Shown one piece after another: positions 1 through 9,319 of a stretch of 64,000 nucleotides of DNA. Origin of the DNA: Chloroflexota bacterium (lineage in GTDB: Bacteria > Chloroflexota > Limnocylindria > P2-11E). The notes beneath the pieces are model-generated. The model worked only from the letters and a program-made list of their open reading frames with translations. It made no database searches and was not told the origin of the DNA. The position numbers were made by a program, and so were the translations under genes. The stretch covers positions 154,022 through 218,021 of the forward strand of contig JACQAT010000001.1 of NCBI GenBank assembly GCA_016194865.1, given 5' to 3'. Within the stretch, counting starts at the first letter, position 1; every line of letters begins with the position of its first letter.

Positions 1-210
1 CCCGGCATCGCCTCCGGCATCCGCGTCGGCACGCCCGCGGTCACGACGCGCGGCATGCGCGAGGCGGAGATGACGCGCATCGGCAAGCTCATCGCGGCGA
101 CGTTCCGCGCGAAGGACGACGCCGCCGCTCTGAAGCGCATCGCGGACGACGTGCTCGACCTCACCAGCCGTTTCCCGGTCCCGGGGATCCGCGAGCCCGT
201 ACGCCGCTGA
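1..210 (+). CDS. glyA: serine hydroxymethyltransferase, C-terminal fragment (5' end lies outside the window)
   Basis: Frame +1 reads PGIASGIRVGTPAVTTRGMREAEMTRIGKLIA...FPVPG, the conserved SHMT C-terminal block. TGA at 208-210. Confidence 0.85.
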   Translation, partial: PGIASGIRVGTPAVTTRGMREAEMTRIGKLIAATFRAKDDAAALKRIADDVLDLTSRFPVPGIREPVRR

Positions 211-839
211 GCCACCCACAGCTCTTCGTCTCCACGCATCCGCTCGTCCGCGAAAAGCTGACGCGGCTGCGGGATGAGCGCACGCCGCCGAAGGTCTTCC
301 GCGAGCTGGTCGGCGAGATCGCGATGCTCGTCCTCTACGAAGCGACCGCGGATCTCGCGCTCGCCGACCAGGAGGTCCGCACGCCGCTCGCGCCCTACCG
401 TGGCGCGAAGCTCGCGGAGCAGGTCGGACTCGTCCCGGTGCTGCGCGCCGGGATCGGCATGGTCGAGGCGGCCCTCGAGCTGATCCCCGAGGCGCAGGTC
501 TGGCACATCGGGTTGTTCCGCGACGAGCGCACCCTGCGGCCGATCGAGTACTACAACAAGCTTCCCTCGACGACCGCGGTGCAGGCGTGCCTCGTCCTCG
601 ATCCGATGCTCGCGACCGGCGGCTCCGCGACCGCGACGATCGACATCCTCAAGAAGTGGGGCGCGAAGCGCGTGAAGTACGTCGGCCTCATCGCGGCGCC
701 CGAGGGCGTCGCCGCGCTCTCCGCGGCGCACCCCGACGTCCCGATCCACGTCGCCGGCCTCGACGAGAAGCTGAACGAGAAGGGCTACATCGTCCCCGGG
801 CTCGGTGACGCGGGCGACCGCCAGTTCGGCACCGGCTAG
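207..839 (+). CDS. upp: uracil phosphoribosyltransferase
   Basis: Full-length UPRTase signature (HPLVREKLTRLRD, FRELVGEIAMLVLYEAT, LDPMLATGGSA, YIVPGLGDAGDRQFGT). The track's ATG at 324 would delete about 39 conserved N-terminal residues. There is no ATG/GTG/TTG in frame upstream of 324. CTG at 207 overlaps the glyA stop (CTGA), so the start is uncertain. Confidence 0.9.
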   Translation: MSHPQLFVSTHPLVREKLTRLRDERTPPKVFRELVGEIAMLVLYEATADLALADQEVRTPLAPYRGAKLAEQVGLVPVLRAGIGMVEAALELIPEAQVWHIGLFRDERTLRPIEYYNKLPSTTAVQACLVLDPMLATGGSATATIDILKKWGAKRVKYVGLIAAPEGVAALSAAHPDVPIHVAGLDEKLNEKGYIVPGLGDAGDRQFGTG

Positions 840-851
840 CGATCCGTCGAG

Positions 852-1967
852 ATGGCCGGCCAGATCTTCAGCGCGACCACGCTCTACCTCGGCTCGACGA
901 TCGTCGCCTTCGTGCTCGCCTGCGCGGCGACGCCGCTCGTCGCGTGGCTCGCGCGCAGATTCGGGCTCCTCGACATGCCCGGTGGCCGGCGGATCCATCC
1001 GCTGCCGATCCCGCGTCCGGGCGGGCTCGCGATCGCGTTCGCGTTTGGTGGCGCGGTCATCGTGTTCTGGCTCATCGATCGTCTCGCCGGTGGGCCCTTC
1101 CTCATCCCGGAGGAGGTCCGCTCGCCGCGCTTCACGCTCACCGCGATCGCCGCGCTCCTCGGGCTCGGCATTGGCCTCCTCGACGACATCCTCGAGCTGC
1201 GGGCGCGCTGGCAGTTCCTCGGCTATCTGCTGATCGCGACGGTGATCGTCGTGGCCGGCATCCGCATCGACTTCGTGAACTCGCCGTTCGACGGTGACGG
1301 GCTCGTCAGGCTGGCGCTCCCGATCGCGATCGGCGTGACGCTGTTCTGGATCGTCGGCATGAACGTCGCGCTCAACTTCATCGACGGCCTCGATGGCCTC
1401 GCGGCCGGCGTCAGCGGGATCGCGGCCATCACGCTCGGCGGCATCGCGCTCCTCCCGCAGGTGAACGAGCCCTTCGTCGCATGGATGGAGTTCACGCTCG
1501 CCGGCGCCATCGCGGGATTCCTGCTGTTCAACTTCCATCCGGCGAAGCTGTTCCTCGGGACGACGGGCGTCGCGTTCATCGGCACGATGCTGGCCGTCCT
1601 CTCGATCTTCGCGACGCAGAAGGTCGCCGCCGCGCTGCTCGTGCTCGGCGTGCCGATCATCGACACCTTCTACGTGCTCGTGCGCCGCATGCTCCGCGGC
1701 CAGGCGCCGTTCGCGCCTGACCGCGGGCACTTCCACCATCGCCTGCTCGATGTCGGCCTCTCGCATCCGCAGGCGGTGCTCCTCATCTACGGCATCACGC
1801 TCTCGCTCGGCGCGCTCGCCCTCGTCTCGAGCGGCCGCACGCAGCTCGCGGGCTTCCTTGCCGTCGCCGTCGCGCTCGGGATCGCGGTCGTCGCGCTCGC
1901 GCAGCACACGCCGAAGGCCGAGGAGCTCGACCCGGCGCTCTACGCGGAGAAGAGCGACGGCAGCTAG
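852..1967 (+). CDS. polyprenyl-phosphate N-acetylhexosamine-1-phosphate transferase (MraY/WecA/TagO family, GT4)
   Basis: 371 aa polytopic membrane protein with family motifs DDILELRARWQF, NFIDGLDGLAAG and NFHPAKLFLGTTG. Confidence 0.85.
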   Translation: MAGQIFSATTLYLGSTIVAFVLACAATPLVAWLARRFGLLDMPGGRRIHPLPIPRPGGLAIAFAFGGAVIVFWLIDRLAGGPFLIPEEVRSPRFTLTAIAALLGLGIGLLDDILELRARWQFLGYLLIATVIVVAGIRIDFVNSPFDGDGLVRLALPIAIGVTLFWIVGMNVALNFIDGLDGLAAGVSGIAAITLGGIALLPQVNEPFVAWMEFTLAGAIAGFLLFNFHPAKLFLGTTGVAFIGTMLAVLSIFATQKVAAALLVLGVPIIDTFYVLVRRMLRGQAPFAPDRGHFHHRLLDVGLSHPQAVLLIYGITLSLGALALVSSGRTQLAGFLAVAVALGIAVVALAQHTPKAEELDPALYAEKSDGS

Positions 1968-2016
1968 GGCCCGCGCGCGCATCCTGCTCGATCGCGGCCC
2001 GGCCTAGCATTTCCGC

Positions 2017-3849
2017 GTGACCCGTCGCCCCCTCCTCGACTTCTTCCCGCGCGAGCAGATACGGCAGATGGCGCACACCACGCGTCGGTACAGCGGCCCG
2101 TCCGCGCTCGCGATCTCGCCCGATGCGAAGACGATCGCGTTCGTCTCGGACCGCACGGGCACGTACTGCGCGTGGACCGTGCCGCTCAAGGGTGGCGAGC
2201 CGAGCCTCGCGCTCGCGGTCGAGGGCGGCGCCGTGCGCAGCCTGTGCTGGACCGCGAACGGCGACCTCATCGGCGCCGTCGACCGCGGCGGCACCGAGCG
2301 CTGGCAGCTGTACGTGACGCGATCGGACGAGCGCATCGAGCCCCTCGCCACGTCGCCTGGGGACCGCGTGCAGCACCTGCTCTCGTGGAACGCGGCATCA
2401 CCCGACGGGCGCACGCTCGCGCTGTCGAGCAACGAGCGCGACGACGCCGATATGGACATCGTGACCATCGACATCGCGAAGAGGACGAAGCACCTGCTCG
2501 TGTCGGGTCCGTCGTGGCACGTCGCGGGCGGGTGGTCGCCTGATGGCAGGACGCTGCTCGTCATGCGCGTGCAGGACAACACCGAGCAGACGCTCCTCGT
2601 CGTTGATGGGCTGAGCGGGGAAGCCCGTGAGATCACGCCGCATCGCGAGGATCGGCAGAACGTCCCCGCGGGCTGGCTCGCCGACGGCCGCGCGCTGGCG
2701 ATGAGCGACGCGGGCCGAGAGTTCATCGCGCTCGTCGCGGTCGATCCCGCGACGGGTGCGCGAGAGGTCATCGACGCGCCGGCGTGGGACGTGGAGCTCG
2801 CCGTGTCCTCCGCGGACGGTCGGGCGCAGGCGTGGTCGGTCAACGCCGACGGGTACAGCACGCTGAAGTGGCGCGTGGGCGGTGGACCGATCCGCGAGCG
2901 CGACCTGAGCGGCGCGTGCGAGGACCTGGTCATCTCGAGCGACGGCTCGCTCGTCGCGTTCCTGCGTCAATCGCCCACCGAACCGTCGCAGATCTGGGTC
3001 CTCGACACGGCGAGCGGCGGCGCCCGCGCCGTCGTGATGACCGAGACGCCGGTCGCGCGCGAGGAGCTGGTGGAGCCCGAGCTCGTGCGCATCCCCGGCC
3101 CCGACGGCCCGATCCCCGCGTTCGTCTATCGACCGCGCGACGCAACGGGCCGCGTGCCCGCGGTGCTCTATCCGCACGGCGGCCCCGAGGGGCAGTCCCG
3201 CCCGGCCTACAACCACGTGCTCGGCGTCCTGCAATGCCTCGCGCACCGCGGCATCGCGGTCATCGTGCCGAACATCCACGGCTCGACCGGCTACGGGCGC
3301 AGGTGGCAGGAAGCCATCCACAAGGACTGGGGCGGCGTCGATCTGCGCGACCTGCGCGCGATCGCGGACTGGATGGCCGCGCAGCCGGACCTCGACCCGG
3401 CGCGCCTCGCGGTCTACGGCGGCTCGTACGGCGGCTTCGCCGCGCTCACCTGCGTGACGCGGCTCCCGGACCGCTGGCGCTGCGCGGTGGACCTCTTCGG
3501 CGTCGCGAATCTCGTCACGATGCTCGAGGGGACGCAGCCGAACTGGCGACGCTTCCTGCGGCGCTGGATCGGCGATCTCGACACCGATCGCGAGAAGCTG
3601 ATCGCGCGCTCACCGGTGACCTACATGGATCGCGTGCGCTGCCCGATGCTCGTGCTCCAGGGGTCCAACGATCCGCGCGTGCCGAAGGAGGAATCCGACC
3701 AGGTCGTCGACGGCCTGCGCGCGCGCGGCCAGCGCGTCGAGTACGTGGTCTTCCCGGATGAGGGGCACGGCTTCACGAAGCGCGCGAACGCGGACGCGGC
3801 CTACACGCGGATCGCGGACTTCCTCACCGACGAGCTGCTCTCGCCCTAG
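2017..3849 (+). CDS. S9 family serine peptidase (prolyl oligopeptidase / dipeptidyl-peptidase type) with N-terminal beta-propeller
   Basis: GTG start. TolB-like repeats (SPDGRT, WSPDG) precede an alpha/beta hydrolase with nucleophile elbow GGSYGGF and DEGHGF near the C-terminus. Confidence 0.85.
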   Translation: MTRRPLLDFFPREQIRQMAHTTRRYSGPSALAISPDAKTIAFVSDRTGTYCAWTVPLKGGEPSLALAVEGGAVRSLCWTANGDLIGAVDRGGTERWQLYVTRSDERIEPLATSPGDRVQHLLSWNAASPDGRTLALSSNERDDADMDIVTIDIAKRTKHLLVSGPSWHVAGGWSPDGRTLLVMRVQDNTEQTLLVVDGLSGEAREITPHREDRQNVPAGWLADGRALAMSDAGREFIALVAVDPATGAREVIDAPAWDVELAVSSADGRAQAWSVNADGYSTLKWRVGGGPIRERDLSGACEDLVISSDGSLVAFLRQSPTEPSQIWVLDTASGGARAVVMTETPVAREELVEPELVRIPGPDGPIPAFVYRPRDATGRVPAVLYPHGGPEGQSRPAYNHVLGVLQCLAHRGIAVIVPNIHGSTGYGRRWQEAIHKDWGGVDLRDLRAIADWMAAQPDLDPARLAVYGGSYGGFAALTCVTRLPDRWRCAVDLFGVANLVTMLEGTQPNWRRFLRRWIGDLDTDREKLIARSPVTYMDRVRCPMLVLQGSNDPRVPKEESDQVVDGLRARGQRVEYVVFPDEGHGFTKRANADAAYTRIADFLTDELLSP

Positions 3850-4769
3850 CGGAGCGTGCTCCCCAGGAGCACGCCGTTGGCCCAGTACGTTCCCGTGACG
3901 CCGCTCGGCAGCAGATCGAACGTGAAGCCGCCCGCGTAGCGCACGCGCTCCGCGCTCGCGACGATCGCGCCGTCGAGCGTGTCACCCGCTCGCAGCTCGC
4001 CGACGTGGCGTCCGTCGCTCGTCGGGTGCCCTGGCGAGGCCAGCAGGCCGCGTCCGTCGGTGAGCGCGAGCGCGACGATCTCGTGCGTGCTCGGCACCGG
4101 CGTGCTGCCGATCGCTCGGACGACCGCGTCGACGCGCGCGCCGCTCGCGTCCGCGGTCCACACACTCATCCCGACCGAGAGCGACTCGACGGCGACCTCA
4201 CCGAGCGGCGTCGCGATGCGCGTCCCTGCCGCGAGGCAGATCGGGCAGTTCACGAAGCTGTTCGGCGTGCGCTTCGTGATGGCGATCGTGCCGGCGCGAT
4301 CGATCGTGCCCTCGATCAGCGTCGCGTCGCGCCCACCGCCCGCGGACATGAACCGCTGAGAGAAGGCGAACGCGCCACCCGAGGGGGTGAGCGCCATGGC
4401 CCGCAGCATCTTCCAATCGCGATAGAGGGGAAGCAGCTGCTCGCCCGTGAGCGGCGGCGGCGGGAAGATCGCGATCTGGATGATCGGGTGGTGCGCCATG
4501 AGCGCGGCCCAGGTGTCCGCATCGGCCCGCATGTCGGGCTCGTGCTGCTTCGCCAGGCTCGCCTCGTCCGCCCTGGCGATCGGGTAGAAGTCGGGGTCGC
4601 AGTAGGCGAGCGGCCCGAACTGGTCCAGCAGGCGGTACTTGAGCAGAACCTCGCTGCCGACGGTCCCGGATGGTGCCGGGATCACGCTGGCGCTCGGGCT
4701 GGCGATGCCCCCGCTGCCCGCGCCGCCGCACGCCGCCAGGAGCAGAGCGCAGCACAGGACGAGCCTCAT
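3846..4769 (-). CDS. lipoprotein with C-terminal Hint (Hedgehog/intein-like) domain
   Basis: Trimmed from track ORF 3846..5279; the upstream 170 codons are Arg/Pro/Gly junk that overlaps a real gene. Starts MRLVLCCALLLAACGG (lipobox). The C-terminal ~140 aa begin C-LAAGTRIATPLGEVAVESL (Hint block A), then ASPGHPT (block B-like), and end YWANGVLLGSTLR. Confidence 0.7.
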   Translation of the reverse strand: MRLVLCCALLLAACGGAGSGGIASPSASVIPAPSGTVGSEVLLKYRLLDQFGPLAYCDPDFYPIARADEASLAKQHEPDMRADADTWAALMAHHPIIQIAIFPPPPLTGEQLLPLYRDWKMLRAMALTPSGGAFAFSQRFMSAGGGRDATLIEGTIDRAGTIAITKRTPNSFVNCPICLAAGTRIATPLGEVAVESLSVGMSVWTADASGARVDAVVRAIGSTPVPSTHEIVALALTDGRGLLASPGHPTSDGRHVGELRAGDTLDGAIVASAERVRYAGGFTFDLLPSGVTGTYWANGVLLGSTLR

Positions 4770-5224
4770 GCCTTCTTGACGCTCCCCGCGGTTGCTGGGT
4801 TCCGCCGCTTCACGAACCGCGTCGCGTAGACCTCGTCGCCAAGCGAGAGGATCTTGTTGTCCACCCAACCGGTGGCGAGGCCGGCCCGCTGTATCTCGTC
4901 CCAGTCCGGCGCGCCCGGCCTCAGGAAGGCCTTCTTCCACACGACCGTCCACACGGAGCCCTCCGGGTGGCAGACGCGGATGAGGTCCTTGGCGAGCGCC
5001 CTCGCGTCGCACCGCTCGAGCGCGAAGCACAGCACCAGGCCGTAGCGCGCCGCGTGGAAGCTGAGCGGCAGCTCGAGGTCCGCGCGGTGGAGCTGTCCCG
5101 CGAGATGCTCGATGGGCTTGTCGTAGAGCGCCACGTCGCCGACGCGCAGCGCGGGGTGACCCGCCTTGACGCCGAGACGAGGGACGACCTCCTCCGCTGA
5201 ACGCAGGCCTTTTGGCTTGGGCAT
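4766..5224 (-). CDS. DUF3052-like cytoplasmic protein
   Basis: Start MPKPKGLRS at ATG 5224. GSVWTVVWKKAF...WDEIQRAGLATGWVDNKILSLGDEVYATRFVKRR resembles the DUF3052 C-terminal block. The stop overlaps the ATG of the Hint lipoprotein (ATGA at 4766-4769). Confidence 0.6.
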   Translation of the reverse strand: MPKPKGLRSAEEVVPRLGVKAGHPALRVGDVALYDKPIEHLAGQLHRADLELPLSFHAARYGLVLCFALERCDARALAKDLIRVCHPEGSVWTVVWKKAFLRPGAPDWDEIQRAGLATGWVDNKILSLGDEVYATRFVKRRNPATAGSVKKA

Positions 5225-5268
5225 GTGGCCAGTATCGAGCGGGAACGGCGCTTGCAAGGTAGCCCGGC

Positions 5269-5637
5269 GTGGGGAGCATCAGGAAGTCCAGGCCGATCCT
5301 CGTCGTCGACGACGATCACGCCATCCTCGACAGCGAGCGCCAGATCCTCGCGGATCACGGCTACCGCGTGATCCAGGCACGTGACGGCGCGGAGGCGATG
5401 CACGCGATCGACGCGGACCCGCCCGCGCTCATCGTGCTCGATGTGCAGATGCCGGGGATCGACGGGCCCGCGTTCGCGCTCCAGCTCCGCAGCCGCTTGA
5501 AGCACGTGCCGCTCGTGATCCTGACCGGCGTGGCGGACCCGCGTCGTGAAGCGGACCGCTGCAACGCGGAAGCGTATCTTTCCAAACCTTTCGCAGCTGA
5601 TGATCTTCTCCGCGTTGTGGATCGATTCGCCGCGTAG
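5269..5637 (+). CDS. single-domain response regulator (CheY-like receiver)
   Basis: ILVVDDDHAILD ... LIVLDVQMPGIDG ... VPLVILTG ... YLSKPF: complete receiver signature with no output domain. Confidence 0.85.
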   Translation: MGSIRKSRPILVVDDDHAILDSERQILADHGYRVIQARDGAEAMHAIDADPPALIVLDVQMPGIDGPAFALQLRSRLKHVPLVILTGVADPRREADRCNAEAYLSKPFAADDLLRVVDRFAA

Positions 5638-5689
5638 TCCTCGGCGCTATCGCGCCTGCGGTCTGCTGCTGCGGCAGTAACATCCGGTC

Positions 5690-6646
5690 GTGACCGCTCG
5701 CCTGCTGGTGAAAGACGCGGCGGGCGTCACCGAGCACCCCGCGGCCGAGCTCTCCGAACTGCGGGACCGGTCTGCCTGGCTCGACATCTCCGATCCGAAC
5801 GACGGTGAGCTTCAGCTCATCGCCGACGAGCTTCAGCTCCATCCGCTCGCGCTCGAGGACGCGCGCGAGCGGCACGAGCGCCCGAAGATCGACGAATACG
5901 AGGGCCACTACTTCATCGTGTTCTACGCGCTCAAGCACCCGGAGGGTGGCGAGCTGGAGCTGCACGAGCTGTCGATCTTCGTCATGAAGAACGCGCTCGT
6001 CACGGTGCACAACGGCGACTGCACGGAGCGGGTCGCGGTCGAGAAGCGCTGGCGCGACGGGCGCATCCCGACGCTCGGGATGCTGCTCCACGCGCTGCTC
6101 GACGAGATCGTGGACCGGTATTTCCCGGTGGTCGACTCCTATGGGGACCGCGTCGACGCGCTGGAGACCGCGATCCTCGAGGACACGTCGGGCAGGGCCA
6201 TGCGCTCCTCGCTCGGCGACCTGTTCATCGTCAAACGTGACCTGCTGCGCCTTCGCAAGCTGGTCTCGCCCGAGCGCGAGGTGCTGCAGGTACTGGCTCG
6301 CGGTGATCTGGGGATCTTCCCCCGAAAAGAAGCCGTGTACTTCCAGGACGTGTTCGACCACGTCGTCCGCGTCACGGACGAGATCGACACCTTCCGCGAG
6401 CTGGTCAGCAACGTCGTTGACGCCGATCTGGCGGCGGTCAGCAACCGCCTGAACGAGGTCATGAAGCGGCTCACCTCGATCGCCACGATCCTCTTCGTGA
6501 TGACCGTCGTGACCGGCTTCTTCGGCCAGAACTTCACCACGCTGATCCCGTATGAATCACCCGTTCTGTTCTGGAGCGTCATCGGCGGGACGCTGGCCTT
6601 CTGCGGCGCCCTGGCGCTGTATTTCCGGCGCCAGGGGTGGCTCTGA
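5690..6646 (+). CDS. corA: CorA-family divalent cation transporter (GQN variant of the GMN motif)
   Basis: 318 aa. CorA-type cytoplasmic funnel domain plus two C-terminal TM helices. The loop motif reads GFFGQNF where CorA normally has YGMNF. Confidence 0.8.
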   Translation: MTARLLVKDAAGVTEHPAAELSELRDRSAWLDISDPNDGELQLIADELQLHPLALEDARERHERPKIDEYEGHYFIVFYALKHPEGGELELHELSIFVMKNALVTVHNGDCTERVAVEKRWRDGRIPTLGMLLHALLDEIVDRYFPVVDSYGDRVDALETAILEDTSGRAMRSSLGDLFIVKRDLLRLRKLVSPEREVLQVLARGDLGIFPRKEAVYFQDVFDHVVRVTDEIDTFRELVSNVVDADLAAVSNRLNEVMKRLTSIATILFVMTVVTGFFGQNFTTLIPYESPVLFWSVIGGTLAFCGALALYFRRQGWL

Positions 6647-6785
6647 GGCGCGAGCACGGTGGCATTTTTGCCGGTAGACTGACCTCGCCTTGGCCGCACT
6701 CCGCACCCCGGGTAATCGCACAGCTCATACACACGTCGCTCGTCCTCACCCGTGAGTCTCGGCTCGCGGTCTCGTCCTCGCTAGT

Positions 6786-7085
6786 GTGTGGAGCGCGTTG
6801 AACGCGGCGATCCTGGGCCAGGTCGGATTCATCATCGCGATCCCCATCGCGCTCGGCGCCTGGCTCGGTCTGAAGCTCGATGAGCGACTGGGCACCTCGC
6901 CGTGGGGATTGCTGGGTCTGATCTTCGTGGGGATGGCGGTCGCCGGCGCCGGCGTCGCGCTGCTGATCAAGCGGTACACGGAGGACAACCCGGTGGGCCC
7001 CTCCACGCAGCGCGCGCGCGAGGCCGGGCTGGCATGGCGACGCGAGGTCGACGAAGAAGAACGAAAGCGGGAGCTCGAGAGGTGA
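6786..7085 (+). CDS. atpZ: AtpZ/ATPase_gene1-family small membrane protein with charged C-terminal tail
   Basis: GTG start. LGAWLGLKLDERLGTSPWGLLGLIFVGMAVAG matches the AtpZ two-helix signature. It lies immediately upstream of atpB. Confidence 0.7.
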   Translation: MWSALNAAILGQVGFIIAIPIALGAWLGLKLDERLGTSPWGLLGLIFVGMAVAGAGVALLIKRYTEDNPVGPSTQRAREAGLAWRREVDEEERKRELER

Positions 7086-7096
7086 CGCGCTAGCGC

Positions 7097-7942
7097 ATGG
7101 ACGCGATCTTCAGCTTCCTGTTCCCGAAGGGTTTCCATTACCCCGAGATCCACGTCCCGTCATTCACGGGAGAGCCGCTGTTCGCCATCGGGCCGATCAC
7201 CTACACGAACGCGCATTTCACGATGCTCCTCGTGATCGCCATGCTCGCGGGGATCTCGTTCCTCGCGACGCGCAACATGAAGGAAGTTCCGAGCGGCATC
7301 CAGAACTTCGTGGAGCTGATCGTCGCCGGCCTCGCGGACTTCATCCGCGGCGTCGGCGGTGAGGACGCCGTCAAGCGGCTCCCGCTCCTCGGGACGCTGT
7401 TCCTCTTCGTGCTCATCTCGAACTGGCTCTCGGTCCTGCCGTTCGTCGGGCAGGTGAAGTGGCTGCACAAGCCGACCGCGGACTATCACATCAACTTCGC
7501 GCTGGCCCTCACGGTCTTCGTCCTCTACCAGCTCTCCGGCTTTCGAGCCCACGGGCTCGGGTACACGAAGCGCTGGTTCAACTTCGGCGGATTCAAAGAA
7601 GGTCCGATGGTCGGCGTGATCATGGTGTTCGTCGGCTTCATCGAGCTCTTCAGCGAGCTCTTCCGCCTGCTCACGCTGACCCTTCGTCTCTGGGGCAACA
7701 TGTTCGGCGGCGAGATCACGCTCGGCGTGATGGCCGCGCTGCTTATCGTTCCCGGCTTCGCGATGCCGTTCGTCGGCCTCGAGCTGTTCGTCGGCCTGGT
7801 GCAGGCGCTCGTGTTCATGCTGCTGACGATCATGTACTTCCTGTTCGCCCTGGAGTCACACGACGAAGCACACGAGGAGCACAAGGAGGGGAGTCACGCC
7901 GCGGAGCCGTCCGCGACGCTCAAGCCAGTCGCAGCGCACTAG
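7097..7942 (+). CDS. atpB: F0F1 ATP synthase subunit a
   Basis: LTLRLWGNMFGGE motif with the essential Arg; polytopic; operon context. Confidence 0.95.
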   Translation: MDAIFSFLFPKGFHYPEIHVPSFTGEPLFAIGPITYTNAHFTMLLVIAMLAGISFLATRNMKEVPSGIQNFVELIVAGLADFIRGVGGEDAVKRLPLLGTLFLFVLISNWLSVLPFVGQVKWLHKPTADYHINFALALTVFVLYQLSGFRAHGLGYTKRWFNFGGFKEGPMVGVIMVFVGFIELFSELFRLLTLTLRLWGNMFGGEITLGVMAALLIVPGFAMPFVGLELFVGLVQALVFMLLTIMYFLFALESHDEAHEEHKEGSHAAEPSATLKPVAAH

Positions 7943-8003
7943 CCCACGACGCGCTCGTTAGAGCAAATTGAAAACAAGCAGTGAAGTTATTCCGGAGGAA
8001 TGA

Positions 8004-8231
<228 letters not shown>

Positions 8232-8235
8232 GCGG

Positions 8236-8772
8236 ATGCTCTTCGCTCCGACGCTCGCCGAAGAGGCTCCGTCCCTCACCGTCCAGCCCTACTGGGTGCT
8301 GGTCGCGCTCGTCCAGTTCATCGTCCTCATCTGGCTGCTCCAGAAGTTCCTGTGGGGGCCGATCACGACGACCCTCGCGACGCGCGCCGAGCGGATCCGC
8401 GAGGGACTCGCGAACGCCGAGGCGGCCAAGCGGGAGCGCGAGCGGATGACCGTCGAGGTGGAGCGACTGCTCACCGAGGCGCGCCGTGAAGCCGCCGCGC
8501 TCTCGGAGCGCACCACCAAGGCGGCCGAGGACGCGGCCGCCGAGATCCGCGCGCAGGCGAAGGTCGAGGCCGACCGCATCCGCGAGCGAGCCCGCGTCGA
8601 CGCGGAGCAGCTGCACAGGCAGTCGCTCGCGCAGCTGAAGAGCGAGGTCGCCTCGCTCGCCATCCTTGCCGCGAGCCGCGTGCTCGGCCGCGAGGTCGAC
8701 GCGAACACGCACCGCGCCCTCATCGAGCGTTCGCTCGACGAGGCCGGTGGCGAGCTCGGGAAGCAGAACTAA
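8236..8772 (+). CDS. atpF: F0F1 ATP synthase subunit b
   Basis: One N-terminal TM helix followed by a long charged coiled coil; operon position. Confidence 0.9.
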   Translation: MLFAPTLAEEAPSLTVQPYWVLVALVQFIVLIWLLQKFLWGPITTTLATRAERIREGLANAEAAKRERERMTVEVERLLTEARREAAALSERTTKAAEDAAAEIRAQAKVEADRIRERARVDAEQLHRQSLAQLKSEVASLAILAASRVLGREVDANTHRALIERSLDEAGGELGKQN

Positions 8773-9303
8773 TTGGCCCTCTCAGGCTCGGCGGCACGCC
8801 GTTACGCGGAAGCGATGCTCGACATCGCCACGCGCGGGAACAGCGTGGCCGCGTTCCAGCAGGCGCTCCAGCGCCTGGCGGGCGCGCTCGATGCGCGCGC
8901 TCTTCGTCGCTTCCGCGACCCGAGCATCCCGCTGAAGACGCGTCTCGAGCTCGCGCAGGCGGTGGCGAGCGGTCAACCGAGAGAGATCTCCGCGCTGCTG
9001 CAGCTGCTCGTCCAGCGCGACCGCATCATGCTGCTGCCGGGCGTCGCGGCCGCGTTCGGCGACCTCGTCGATCGGCGCGAAGGCATCGCCAAGGCACAGA
9101 TCACGACCGCCGTGGCGCTCGACGAGGCCACGCGGCGCGCGTTCGTCGACCGTCTCCAGACATCCTCGGGCAAGAAGCTGCGCGCGACCTTCGGCGTCGA
9201 CCCATCGCTCATCGGTGGCGCGACGGTGCAGGTCGGCGATCACCTCGTCGACACCTCGGTGCGCGCGAAGCTGAGCGCGCTCCGGACCGCCCTCGCGTCC
9301 TGA
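8773..9303 (+). CDS. atpH: F0F1 ATP synthase subunit delta
   Basis: TTG start directly after the atpF TAA. OSCP-like sequence ([12 protein letters not shown] ... [20 protein letters not shown]). Confidence 0.9.
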   Translation: MALSGSAARRYAEAMLDIATRGNSVAAFQQALQRLAGALDARALRRFRDPSIPLKTRLELAQAVASGQPREISALLQLLVQRDRIMLLPGVAAAFGDLVDRREGIAKAQITTAVALDEATRRAFVDRLQTSSGKKLRATFGVDPSLIGGATVQVGDHLVDTSVRAKLSALRTALAS

Positions 9304-9319
9304 TCACGAAGGAGAAGCA

